A DNA stretch of 64,000 bases from an uncultured Acetatifactor sp. GTDB taxonomy: Bacteria; Bacillota; Clostridia; Lachnospirales; Lachnospiraceae. Within the stretch, counting starts at the first letter, position 1; each line of letters opens with the position of its first letter. Positions 49,778 through 58,648 of this stretch are shown piece after piece. The DNA lies in NCBI GenBank assembly GCA_910577665.1, contig CAJTOJ010000007.1, positions 60,158 to 124,157 on the forward strand, read 5' to 3'. Both the position numbers and the translations under genes were made by a program. A model generated the notes under the pieces. It did no database searches and had not been told where the DNA came from. It saw nothing but the letters and a program-made list of their open reading frames with translations.

Positions 49778-51141
49778 TACATGTGCCCCATCCAGTATAC
49801 ACGGAAATAGAATACTCCACAGACAAAATGCACCAGGTAAGCCAGCCACTGTGCACCCACAAGCCAGGGCCGCAGTCTTCCCCCTGCTCCTTTCGGCCTG
49901 ACCGTGTCCTGCAGCAGCAGAACCAGGGCGCCCAGATGGCAGAAGAAAATCCCATACATATATCCCCAGGAAAAGTTGAAGTCAGCCTTCCGGAATCCCT
50001 TCTCGTACAGGAAGAAAGCCATGGCAAAACTCATCAGGTAAATCTGCCAGGAGAACCGGTACAGGGTATTCCTCTTCAGTTCCTTGAAATGCAACACCAG
50101 CACCAGCAGCGGAAATCCCACTGCCAGGCAGACTGCCAGGGGGATGCAGTCACAATATTCCCCCCATACTTCTCCCAGGCAGAAACCCAGTCCCCCTTCT
50201 TTTCCCTCTTCGGGCACAAACACCCCCCGGTACTGATACAGCAGGTCAGCAAAAGTGGGTACAAAGCACAGCCCCAGACATATGGTGGGCACCAGATTGC
50301 GAAAACTGCTTCGAAACAGACGCCACACCATGACCAGACCCGCCGCTCCTACCAGCACAATGGTAAAACTGGGCTTCGTCATAGTAGCCACCAGCAGAAA
50401 CACCGAAAAGAGCACATAATCCCGTATATCCCCCTGGAAACCTTTTGCAGTGCCTGCAGCATCCCGGCCATTGTCATCTGCAGAACTTCTCTCCCGCCTG
50501 CTTCCAATGCCCTTTTCATACACAGGAAGCAGCCTGGCAAACCATAAAAACGCCAGGATTGCAAATGGTCTGGCCGCCATATAGGTGGCATTGTGAAAAG
50601 GGTTAGGCGTAAAAACCCCCAGATAGATGAATTTGATTCCCGGCAGATAGATCCCTTTGGGGGGATACAGCATGGAAATGAAAAACAGCGATACTGCCAG
50701 GGCACTGAGAAGAGGTCCTGCCACCCATCCCCAGCCCAGGCGCCTGCCCTGCACAGCCATAGTGCCTCTTCCCTGCAACCATCCCTTCAAGTCCTCCAGC
50801 GCCAGATGGTTCAACGCCGCCTTGGTGATCACAATGGCCAGGCTGTTCAGCAGCATTGTGGCAATGGCTACGGAAAGCTCCGCCGGAGCCACCAGATGGA
50901 TCAAGGCTGCCAGCTTGAAAAAGACGGGATAAGGGAAATTATATTTGCTTTCCAGCCCCTGCATCTCCAGGATATATGCCTTCATATCGGAATGATACGA
51001 CTGGGGGCTCCCCAGGGTCTGCTTGTGGAAAAGGGTCAAGGTGACCCCGGACACCACCACCAGCAGCACTGCAAACAACCCCCAGTCTACTATCCTGTCC
51101 CAGTTTTTGAACCGATTCCCTTTGTTCTGCGATGTAACCAT
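49771..51141 (-). CDS. 'NPFHNATY' family membrane protein, putative GT-C (copy 2)
   Basis: Same motifs as 28572..29843. Start is 51141 or 51216; 7-nt convergent overlap with the previous gene. Confidence 0.65.
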   Translation of the reverse strand: MVTSQNKGNRFKNWDRIVDWGLFAVLLVVVSGVTLTLFHKQTLGSPQSYHSDMKAYILEMQGLESKYNFPYPVFFKLAALIHLVAPAELSVAIATMLLNSLAIVITKAALNHLALEDLKGWLQGRGTMAVQGRRLGWGWVAGPLLSALAVSLFFISMLYPPKGIYLPGIKFIYLGVFTPNPFHNATYMAARPFAILAFLWFARLLPVYEKGIGSRRERSSADDNGRDAAGTAKGFQGDIRDYVLFSVFLLVATMTKPSFTIVLVGAAGLVMVWRLFRSSFRNLVPTICLGLCFVPTFADLLYQYRGVFVPEEGKEGGLGFCLGEVWGEYCDCIPLAVCLAVGFPLLVLVLHFKELKRNTLYRFSWQIYLMSFAMAFFLYEKGFRKADFNFSWGYMYGIFFCHLGALVLLLQDTVRPKGAGGRLRPWLVGAQWLAYLVHFVCGVFYFRVYWMGHMYY

Positions 51142-51261
51142 ACTGATACCTTTTTGCTTTCCAGATCCCATTCCCGGCACCTTTTCCCTGACCCTGTATG
51201 CCTTGCGGCCTGCCATCTCTCATCGTACAGGCCTGCAGGCATTCCCCGTGCTGTCACACAG

Positions 51262-52455
51262 CTACTTCCTGTAATGTTCCACCACCTTTTGCACTGCGTG
51301 GATCACATCCTCCACATCCGCATCTGTCATGGCATAATAAAGAGGGATGCTCATGGAAGACATATAATAGGCTTCTGCATGGGGGCACAGCCCTTTCCCA
51401 TATCCCAGCTTCTCATAATAGGAATGCCAGTATACCGGCAGATAATGCACCTGGGGGCAGGTATTCTCTGCATACAGGGCATCAAAGAACTGTCGCCGGT
51501 CGCAGGTCAGTTTCTCCAGGTCCAGACGCAATACATACAGATGTCTGGTGGTATCCGATTCCGGGATCTCCCTCTGGACAACAATCTCCGGCATCCGGGA
51601 AAATGCCTGGTCATAGCGTTTCACGATTTCCTTCCTGCGGGCAGCAAACTTAGGCAGCTTTCCAAGCTGGCTCAAAAGCAATGCTGCCTGGAAATCCGTC
51701 ATGCGGTAATTAAAGCCCAGATCCACCTGCTCATTGTACCAGAGCGCATCTGTAGGATGTACCATCTCCTCCTGGCTTCGGGTGATTCCATGGGTCCGAA
51801 GCCGCATCAGCTTCCGATAGAGCTGCTCATCGTTGGTGGTGATGGCGCCCCCTTCCCCCCCTGTCACTGTCTTCACCGGGTGAAAGCTGAAGCATGTCAT
51901 ATCTGCAATGCTCCCTATGGGAGTTCCCTTATACCGGGTGCCTATGGCATGGGCCGCATCCTCAATATACACCAGCCCATGCTCCCTACAGATCTCCCGG
52001 AGTGCATCCTGCTCCACTGACTGCCCCGTGAAGTCCACTGCCACAATTCCCTTTGTACGGGGTGTAACCAGACGGCGGACAGCCTCTGGATCCACATTGT
52101 AGGTATGAGGATCTATATCCGCAAATACCGGCTTTGCACCACAGTACAGCACACAGTTGGAAGATGCCGCAAACGTAATGGAACTGACGATCACCTCATC
52201 CCCCTTTGAAAAACCTGCCGCCAGGGCTGCCAGATGAAGCGCTGCTGTCCCGTTGGCCACCACCACGGCATATCTGGCCCCTGTGACTTCACAGATCTTC
52301 TTCTCCAGCGCCTCCACCCTGGGGCCACTGGTAATCAGATCACTGCGCAACGCCTGCGCTACAGCCTCTATGTCATCCTGTTCAATACACTGCCTTCCAT
52401 AATAAATCGGCTTCTCCCGCACCGGAGTCCCGCCGAATATTGCAAGCTGTTCCAT
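51262..52455 (-). CDS. pseC: UDP-4-amino-4,6-dideoxy-N-acetyl-L-altrosamine transaminase
   Basis: YGRQ.I, NGTAALH, FSFHPVKT.T.GEGG, LRTHGITR, LGFNYRMTD, QVHY.P; AGGAGG RBS. Confidence 0.85.
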   Translation of the reverse strand: MEQLAIFGGTPVREKPIYYGRQCIEQDDIEAVAQALRSDLITSGPRVEALEKKICEVTGARYAVVVANGTAALHLAALAAGFSKGDEVIVSSITFAASSNCVLYCGAKPVFADIDPHTYNVDPEAVRRLVTPRTKGIVAVDFTGQSVEQDALREICREHGLVYIEDAAHAIGTRYKGTPIGSIADMTCFSFHPVKTVTGGEGGAITTNDEQLYRKLMRLRTHGITRSQEEMVHPTDALWYNEQVDLGFNYRMTDFQAALLLSQLGKLPKFAARRKEIVKRYDQAFSRMPEIVVQREIPESDTTRHLYVLRLDLEKLTCDRRQFFDALYAENTCPQVHYLPVYWHSYYEKLGYGKGLCPHAEAYYMSSMSIPLYYAMTDADVEDVIHAVQKVVEHYRK

Positions 52456-52503
52456 ATATACCCTCCTATTATTGCAGATATGTGGGCTATCATTCCCGAA
52501 AAC

Positions 52504-52535
52504 CAGTTGTCCCACAGAAACCTGTGGGACAACTG
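52504..52535 (-). promoter_or_regulatory. Perfect 14-bp hairpin in the pseC leader
   Basis: cagttgtcccacag-aaac-ctgtgggacaactg; followed by GTTTT on the minus strand. Confidence 0.65.
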
Positions 52536-52550
52536 ACTTCTGATCTATAT

Positions 52551-52579
52551 AGTTTAACAGGAAAAATCCCATGTTACAA
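52551..52579 (-). promoter_or_regulatory. Putative sigma-A promoter for the pseC unit
   Basis: Minus strand TTGTAA-N17-TAAACT with extended TG. Confidence 0.5.
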
Positions 52580-52736
52580 GGTAATTATCTCCAAATTTTC
52601 CCCAATTCCCCCCTCCGGCATTTTATCCTGCCTCCCTCTGCCACTTTCCCCTTCCTGGCCGCTGATTGCACCACCCTTCCATCCTGTGCTGTAGCAGGGC
52701 GGGAATTCCGGGATCTGACAGGGCTTCCATGCCGGA

Positions 52737-53276
52737 TCAGAAGGGGATGATCTCCAGGATCTCCTTCAGCTTCCTTAACCTGCCAATGTCCTCATCATAC
52801 AACTTCTTCTCATATCCAACCTCTTCCATGATGAAGCGCATATGGTCGTACTCCTCCTGGTTGATCTTGACGTCTTCGTCACGGGTGATTTCCTTTAGGC
52901 ATATTCTGGACATATGTACCTTGTCCATCAGGTTCGTGATGATGTAGCTGTTCTTCTTCCTTCTGGAATACTCCACGATCATATCCATGTTGTAGTATCT
53001 TTCCTGCCTGCTGATCGACTTCTTGATTGCCAGAATCAACCGCACCGCCTTGGGGCTTAATATTCCAGGCTTCAAGCAGGTCTCCAGCTCCTGTACCCAG
53101 CGGCAGACTGCATAGAAGCTCTTCTCTTCTGCGGCCAGCTCCTCCCGCTTCCTCTGCATCTCGGTGTCGATCTCTTTCTGGTTCCGCCTCAGATCCGTCT
53201 CTTTGTTCCTCCAGTAGTCCCTTGTGGTCATGTCAACTGTTCTGATGACTTTGTTTTTCGTTTCTTTCTTTTGCAT
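52737..53276 (-). CDS. Hypothetical charged, helical (coiled-coil-like) protein
   Basis: 179-aa ORF with GAGGAGAGAGG upstream and biased codon use; no motif recognised. Confidence 0.7.
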   Translation of the reverse strand: MQKKETKNKVIRTVDMTTRDYWRNKETDLRRNQKEIDTEMQRKREELAAEEKSFYAVCRWVQELETCLKPGILSPKAVRLILAIKKSISRQERYYNMDMIVEYSRRKKNSYIITNLMDKVHMSRICLKEITRDEDVKINQEEYDHMRFIMEEVGYEKKLYDEDIGRLRKLKEILEIIPF

Positions 53277-53440
53277 ATTCCTCTCTCCTCTTCACGGTTA
53301 TGACTGTCGCAATATATTGTTGCTTACATAATATAATCATATACTCGCGCTATCTGTCAAGTACTTTTGCAAAAATTTTTTAAAAATTTGAAAAAAATTG
53401 AAATTTACGGCATAAAACCCTATCATTTTTTTGAATACCA

Positions 53441-53469
53441 TTGACTTAACACCATTTTATGTATATAAT
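53441..53469 (+). promoter_or_regulatory. Sigma-A promoter of the BlaI-like/M56 operon
   Basis: TTGACT-N17-TATAAT. Confidence 0.75.
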
Positions 53470-53513
53470 GCTACTTGACATAAAGTTTTCACAAACGCAT
53501 AAAGGAGGCAACT

Positions 53514-53906
53514 ATGGCACAATTAAATCCCAGAGAATTAGATGTCTTAAATATCCTGTGGCGTACCGGCGAAGCTATGACGTCCACTGATATCGTAAAT
53601 GAGCAGAGAGGTTTGACCCAGAGTACTGTTATCGCTGTTCTGCGTAAGCTTCTGAAGGACGAGCTGGTACAGGTAGATGGTGTAACCCACAGTGGAAAAG
53701 TTCTGAGCAGAACCTATCGCCCCACTGAGAATTCCAGGGAAGTTATCATGCGTAATTTCGCAGATGATTACGCCAACTTCAAGAATGTCATCTCCAAGTC
53801 CGATCTGTGTGCTGCCATTCTCCACATTGAGCAGACCCCGGAGCAGATGAAGGAAGAGATCTCCAAGCTGAAAGACATCCTGGCTGAATACGAAGCGAAA
53901 CTGTAA
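53514..53906 (+). CDS. BlaI/MecI/CopY-family repressor
   Basis: L..RELDVL.ILW and STV..VL.KL..DELV winged-helix pattern; AAGGAGG RBS; directly upstream of an M56 gene. Confidence 0.85.
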   Translation: MAQLNPRELDVLNILWRTGEAMTSTDIVNEQRGLTQSTVIAVLRKLLKDELVQVDGVTHSGKVLSRTYRPTENSREVIMRNFADDYANFKNVISKSDLCAAILHIEQTPEQMKEEISKLKDILAEYEAKL

Positions 53907-53936
53907 ATAACGCCCCACAAAAGAGAACACGCGCAT

Positions 53937-55070
53937 ATGGTACATTATTCTTTTTCTACAATCTTGATGACTTTCATCACATGTAATTTGATTATAGTAT
54001 TGATTACTATGTGTTTTAAGCGTGAGAAAATACTGCTGTCTATTGGCTACAAGCTGACGGCAGTATTTTTAGTTCTCACCTTGCTTCGGGTACTGTTTCC
54101 ATTTGAACTGCCCTTTGCAAAAAATGTTTATCTGCCTACCGCATTATCCGCTGTCATAGTCCTTATCCGCCATCCATTTCTCAAGCCCTGGGGATTACCA
54201 GTTTCCCTCTGGACCGCATTTGAGCTGGTCTGGATCATAGGCTTTATCATCAGACTCTACAAACAGAACAAAGAGCATAAAGCATTTTACCGCTTTCTCC
54301 GGCTATGCGGCCGGGACATCACCATGGAAGAACCCTATCATTCTGTTCTCTCCACAGTCTGCGGTATGCGTAAAAATCCTTTTCGCCTGCTGCGTATTCC
54401 GAATCTGCAATTCCCCGTCCTGGTAGGGATCTGGCATCCCTGTATCCTGCTTCCGGATCATTATGAACTGACCCCGGATGAGCTGTACTACACCCTGCGC
54501 CATGAAACCTTTCATCACTATAAACGGGATCTCATCACAAAATATGGGGTCAGTTTGCTGTGCATGATCTACTGGTGGAACCCTGCCTGTGTCACCATCA
54601 AAAAACAGTTGTACCATGTCATGGAAATGCGGGTTGATGAAAATGTTGCAGGCATGGACAAGCATACTGCAGTGGCTTATCTGTCCTCCATCATAAATAT
54701 TATGGAGAATCTGCAATCCGATGACCAGGTTCCCGTCCCATCCGGCATCTCTGCTTTCCTGACCAAGGAACAGACTGTGGAAGTACGGCAACGTTTTCAT
54801 ATGCTCTGCAATAAGAAGCGGACACAATGGCCACTTTTTATTGCATTGCTGACCATAATAGCGGGGATTTATCTGGGGTCCTATTTGGTTATTTTTGAGG
54901 CGGATTTTGTATCAGATTTAACGGCTCCTAATACAATATCCACCCCAAACGAATTTTATGCCATTCTCAACCAAGATGGAACATACCATATATATTACAA
55001 TGAAATTTTTATTGAATACACAGACACTTTGGAATACTACCCGCCCGATATTCTAATAATAGATAAATAA
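53937..55070 (+). CDS. M56 (BlaR1-like) membrane metallopeptidase 1, no penicillin-binding domain
   Basis: LLR.LFP, P.ILLP, HETFH (HExxH), YWWNP, EMRVDE, last TM followed by a tail of only about 55 aa. Confidence 0.88.
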   Translation: MVHYSFSTILMTFITCNLIIVLITMCFKREKILLSIGYKLTAVFLVLTLLRVLFPFELPFAKNVYLPTALSAVIVLIRHPFLKPWGLPVSLWTAFELVWIIGFIIRLYKQNKEHKAFYRFLRLCGRDITMEEPYHSVLSTVCGMRKNPFRLLRIPNLQFPVLVGIWHPCILLPDHYELTPDELYYTLRHETFHHYKRDLITKYGVSLLCMIYWWNPACVTIKKQLYHVMEMRVDENVAGMDKHTAVAYLSSIINIMENLQSDDQVPVPSGISAFLTKEQTVEVRQRFHMLCNKKRTQWPLFIALLTIIAGIYLGSYLVIFEADFVSDLTAPNTISTPNEFYAILNQDGTYHIYYNEIFIEYTDTLEYYPPDILIIDK

Positions 55071-55186
55071 CTTTTGGTATGTTTATAGACTAAAAAATAT
55101 ATTTTAAATACCATCAAACTATATTCAGCATACCCACAGAAATCCACAGAACTGAAGCAAAATTCTATAGACTACTAATCAATCAT

Positions 55187-55456
55187 TTACCCCAAATCCG
55201 GAAGGCCATCCCAGTCACGAACATATATCCAATCACCTTCCCAGGAACCCGTAGAATAATTGTATAAACGTTTATAAAGTTTATTATTTTCCACTTTCCA
55301 TCTCCATTCCTTCTTGTCCGACAAAGGCTGTATTGTAGTTTCTTCAGATGCCGCCTGGACAGGTATTGTCGAAATTGGAGACATTAAAATAGATAAAGAT
55401 AGGCACACTGCTCCTACTAAAGTCACCAAATTCTTAGTTACTTTTTTATTTTTCAT
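55187..55456 (-). CDS. Small secreted Trp-rich protein (89 aa)
   Basis: AAGGAGG RBS; basic then hydrophobic signal peptide ending VQA; 54-aa mature part with 5 Trp; starts 15 nt after the M56-2 stop. Confidence 0.8.
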   Translation of the reverse strand: MKNKKVTKNLVTLVGAVCLSLSILMSPISTIPVQAASEETTIQPLSDKKEWRWKVENNKLYKRLYNYSTGSWEGDWIYVRDWDGLPDLG

Positions 55457-55471
55457 AACAAAATCCTCCTT

Positions 55472-56599
55472 CTATTTGTTATATATGGGAATATCTGAAG
55501 GGTAATATTCCAAAGTTTCTGTATATTCTATAAAAATTTCGCCCCAATAAATACTATATGTATTATCTTCATTTAAGACAGCATAATAATTATCATTGGT
55601 TTCTGTAGTATCTTTAGTAATAAACTTTACATCATAATCCGCTTCCACAGTATACATATAAGATCCCAGATATATCCCTATTACCACTACTATCAACGCC
55701 AGGAACGCTGGCCGATTTGACTTTTCTCCCTGGCTACAGAGCATACGGAACCGGCGCTGCATCTCTGTGTCGTTTCCGCTCATCATGGAAGCTGTCGTCT
55801 CTTCAAGTGCTTGTTTTCTCAATCGCAGGATTTCCATAATATGGATAATGGAGGACATATATTTTCTCACTGCCAGCTGGTCCCTGCCCGTTACCGCCTC
55901 ATCTACCCGCATCTCCAGGATCTGCTCTAACTGTTCCTGTAGCTTCTTGGAAGCAGGATTCCACCAATATACCGTACACAAAAATTTCACTCCACGTTTT
56001 ATCAGTATGTCATGGTGGTAATGGTGAAATGTCTCATGGCGGAATGTGTAATACAGTTCTTCCCGGCTCAATTCTTCTTCCGGGAGGAGGATAGTCGGCC
56101 TAAAACACCCCATCAGCCTAGGCGAATCCAGGCAAGGAACACGCAAAACGCGAAACCGATTCCTTCGTTTTCCGCACACCTCTGCCAGAATGGAGCGATA
56201 AGGTTCCTGGTTGGTAATATCAACGCCATACCTTCTGCGGTACCTTCTTATATCCCCATTTTCCTTGTACCAGATACGAAGTTTTATGAAAAAGCCCACT
56301 ATCCAGACCACCTCGCATACCGTCCAAAGCGAAATTGGAAACCCGCCTGGTTTTATAAAAGGATGCCGAATCAAAACTACAATTGCAGAAAGCGCCGTGG
56401 GAAGATACAGATTTCTGGAAAACGGAAGCTCAAAAGGAAATAAAACCCTCAAAAGCGTCAAGGCCAAAAATACGGCAATCACTTTATATCCTACGGACAG
56501 TAATATCTTCTCATGGCGGAAACACATTGTGATCAACACGATAATCAGATTACTTGCTAGAAAGGTCATTAATATTGTCGAAAAAGAATAATTAATCAT
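55472..56599 (-). CDS. M56 (BlaR1-like) membrane metallopeptidase 2
   Basis: Close paralogue of 53937..55070: HETFH, YWWNP, EMRVDE and the same short tail. Confidence 0.88.
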   Translation of the reverse strand: MINYSFSTILMTFLASNLIIVLITMCFRHEKILLSVGYKVIAVFLALTLLRVLFPFELPFSRNLYLPTALSAIVVLIRHPFIKPGGFPISLWTVCEVVWIVGFFIKLRIWYKENGDIRRYRRRYGVDITNQEPYRSILAEVCGKRRNRFRVLRVPCLDSPRLMGCFRPTILLPEEELSREELYYTFRHETFHHYHHDILIKRGVKFLCTVYWWNPASKKLQEQLEQILEMRVDEAVTGRDQLAVRKYMSSIIHIMEILRLRKQALEETTASMMSGNDTEMQRRFRMLCSQGEKSNRPAFLALIVVVIGIYLGSYMYTVEADYDVKFITKDTTETNDNYYAVLNEDNTYSIYWGEIFIEYTETLEYYPSDIPIYNK

Positions 56600-56692
56600 A
56601 TGTTTTTCTCTTTTGCCCTCTGCCCCTTCAATCTTATTACCTACTGTGTCTCCGTAAAAATTTTTATCTTATTAGCTTAACTGTTGAATAAC

Positions 56693-56721
56693 ATTATAAA
56701 CCCAGTCCTGGTATTAGTCAA
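56693..56721 (-). promoter_or_regulatory. Sigma-A promoter of the M56-2/peptide unit
   Basis: Minus strand TTGACT-N17-TATAAT, the same hexamers as the BlaI-like promoter. Confidence 0.75.
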
Positions 56722-56840
56722 TAGGGTATCTGTAAATGGACCCGATAAAATTCCAAAAAATTCCAGTTTTGTTACCAGGATCTTCATGCCAGGACTCCCT
56801 GTCTGCCAGGTCTACCAGACACAGACAGCAGACAGGTTCT

Positions 56841-58559
56841 TCATCCTTCCAGGGCATGGGCAAGCTGCACCCTGCATTTCTTCCTGTTGCACGCAATCCC
56901 ATATGCCAGGATCGTAGTCATCCCATCCTGACACAACCTGGCAGTATATCCCTTCTCTTCTATCTGGGCCAGGGCCTCTGCACAGCCAGCTTCCAGGTCT
57001 CCATCCTGCGCATATTTCACCTCGATCACCATGCCAATGCCCTTTTCCGGGATCTCTACCAGGATATCGCTGAAACCGTCCCCGGATTCCGCATTGGAAT
57101 CTATGTCCCAGTCCTCCCGGTGACTCAGCAGCCCCAGAAGAATACCATGGTAGAAGTTCTCTTTCCTGTTCTTGCGCACAGCGGTGTCCCGGATGCTGAT
57201 AGTTCTGCCCAGATAAACATTGAACCGGACTTCCGCCTCCCCGGCATCCCCCCTGGCAAATGCCGCGCAGAGGGCATCCAGCCCTGGTGTATCCCGGTGC
57301 ATCTCCTCCTGGAACCATTCCAGGATCTGTTCGATGAAGATTTCCCGGATCTCCAGGTTGGGTATGGCCAGCTGGAATACTTTCCCCTCGGCCCCACCCC
57401 GCCTGGTAAGGTAGCCTGTGGCAAACAGGACACTCCACAGATTGTCTATATCCCTGTATAGGTCACGGTAAGTCAGTTCCTGGTTGATTTTCTTCGCAAT
57501 CATTTCCCCTTCTATCAACCGCTCCAGCTCTCTGCGTGTCCTCTGCCCTGCCGTTCGGACAAACTGCCTGACAATGTCGTTCCCGCTTGTGTTGACCCAG
57601 AAGGAACGGGGGGCGGCATCCGGCTCCCATCGCAGCAGATCCACATAGTTGACCACATCCCAGGGGCAATACACTTCCCGGCTGCCGAAACGGTAACCGT
57701 CATACCAGGTCTTTACATCCAGGTATTTTCCGTCCAGGGCATAATGAGACAGGATCTGGCACACTTCCTGGTCCGTGAATCCGAAGTATTCGTCAAACCG
57801 CACATCCGTAATGGACATGACCTTTAAGTTGTTCAGCCCTGTGAAGATGCTTTCCCTGGAGATCCGCAGGCATCCGGTAAGTACGGCAAAGTAAAGACTG
57901 TCATTGGTCTTCAGCACCTGTCCGAACAGGTTGCGCAGCAGGGTGACCATCTCCTCATAGTAGCCGGACTGCTGTGCCTTGTCCAGGGGAACATCGTATT
58001 CGTCAATCAAAAGGATCACACGCTGCCCATAGTGTCTGTGCAGAAGGCTGGACAGCAGCCGCAGACTGTCTGCCAGCACCTCCTCAGGCATAAGAAAGCC
58101 CTGCTGTCCGCTGGTATCCACCCGAACCAGCTGTTCATACTGTACCTTTTCCTCCCTGGAAAGCCTTTCGCTCTTCAAAAGAAAGCGAAACCGCAGCGCC
58201 TCGTTCCCGATTATGGAGCACAGCATGGCCCGTGCCCCCTCGTAGCTGCCAGCGACAGCACCCTTCAGCGTGATGGAAACCACGGGGAATTTCCCCATAT
58301 ACTGCGCACACAGATCCTGTTCCCTGGCAATCTCCAGCCCTTCAAACAGCCTGCCATCGCAGCCGTATCCGAAGAAATATTTTAACATGTTCATGTTGAG
58401 GGACTTGCCGAAACGCCTGGGCCGGGTGAAAAGGTTCACCTTTCCCCAGTTACAGAGTAGCTCCCTGATCAATCCCGTTTTATCTACATAGAAAAACCCT
58501 TCTGTGCGGATTTCTTCAAAATTTTCAATTCCTATGGGCAGCTTATCGGCTGGCTTCAT
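56841..58559 (-). CDS. AAA-ATPase-like protein with C-terminal PD-(D/E)XK nuclease domain
   Basis: KLPIGIENF, YVDKT, RPRRFGKS, LIDEYD.P, WYDGY.FG, E.FYHG, SDIL...IEVK. Confidence 0.9.
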   Translation of the reverse strand: MKPADKLPIGIENFEEIRTEGFFYVDKTGLIRELLCNWGKVNLFTRPRRFGKSLNMNMLKYFFGYGCDGRLFEGLEIAREQDLCAQYMGKFPVVSITLKGAVAGSYEGARAMLCSIIGNEALRFRFLLKSERLSREEKVQYEQLVRVDTSGQQGFLMPEEVLADSLRLLSSLLHRHYGQRVILLIDEYDVPLDKAQQSGYYEEMVTLLRNLFGQVLKTNDSLYFAVLTGCLRISRESIFTGLNNLKVMSITDVRFDEYFGFTDQEVCQILSHYALDGKYLDVKTWYDGYRFGSREVYCPWDVVNYVDLLRWEPDAAPRSFWVNTSGNDIVRQFVRTAGQRTRRELERLIEGEMIAKKINQELTYRDLYRDIDNLWSVLFATGYLTRRGGAEGKVFQLAIPNLEIREIFIEQILEWFQEEMHRDTPGLDALCAAFARGDAGEAEVRFNVYLGRTISIRDTAVRKNRKENFYHGILLGLLSHREDWDIDSNAESGDGFSDILVEIPEKGIGMVIEVKYAQDGDLEAGCAEALAQIEEKGYTARLCQDGMTTILAYGIACNRKKCRVQLAHALEG

Positions 58560-58648
58560 GACTTGCACGCTCCTTCTTGGACTTCCTGTTCCAGCAGGCA
58601 GCCTTTGGTCTGCTAAATGGTACTCTATGCCACCAGCCGCTGGTAACC

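Noticed and set aside
53937..56599. Invertible switch between the two inverted M56 genes
   Set aside because: The 5' ends differ at many synonymous sites, there is no long exact inverted repeat, and no recombinase is in the window.
53514..56599. Beta-lactam resistance (bla/mec) locus
   Set aside because: No penicillin-binding sensor domain, beta-lactamase or PBP.
56631..56674. 9-bp direct repeat atcttatta x2 in the M56-2 leader
   Set aside because: Short and AT-rich, and absent from the twin promoter region; may be chance.
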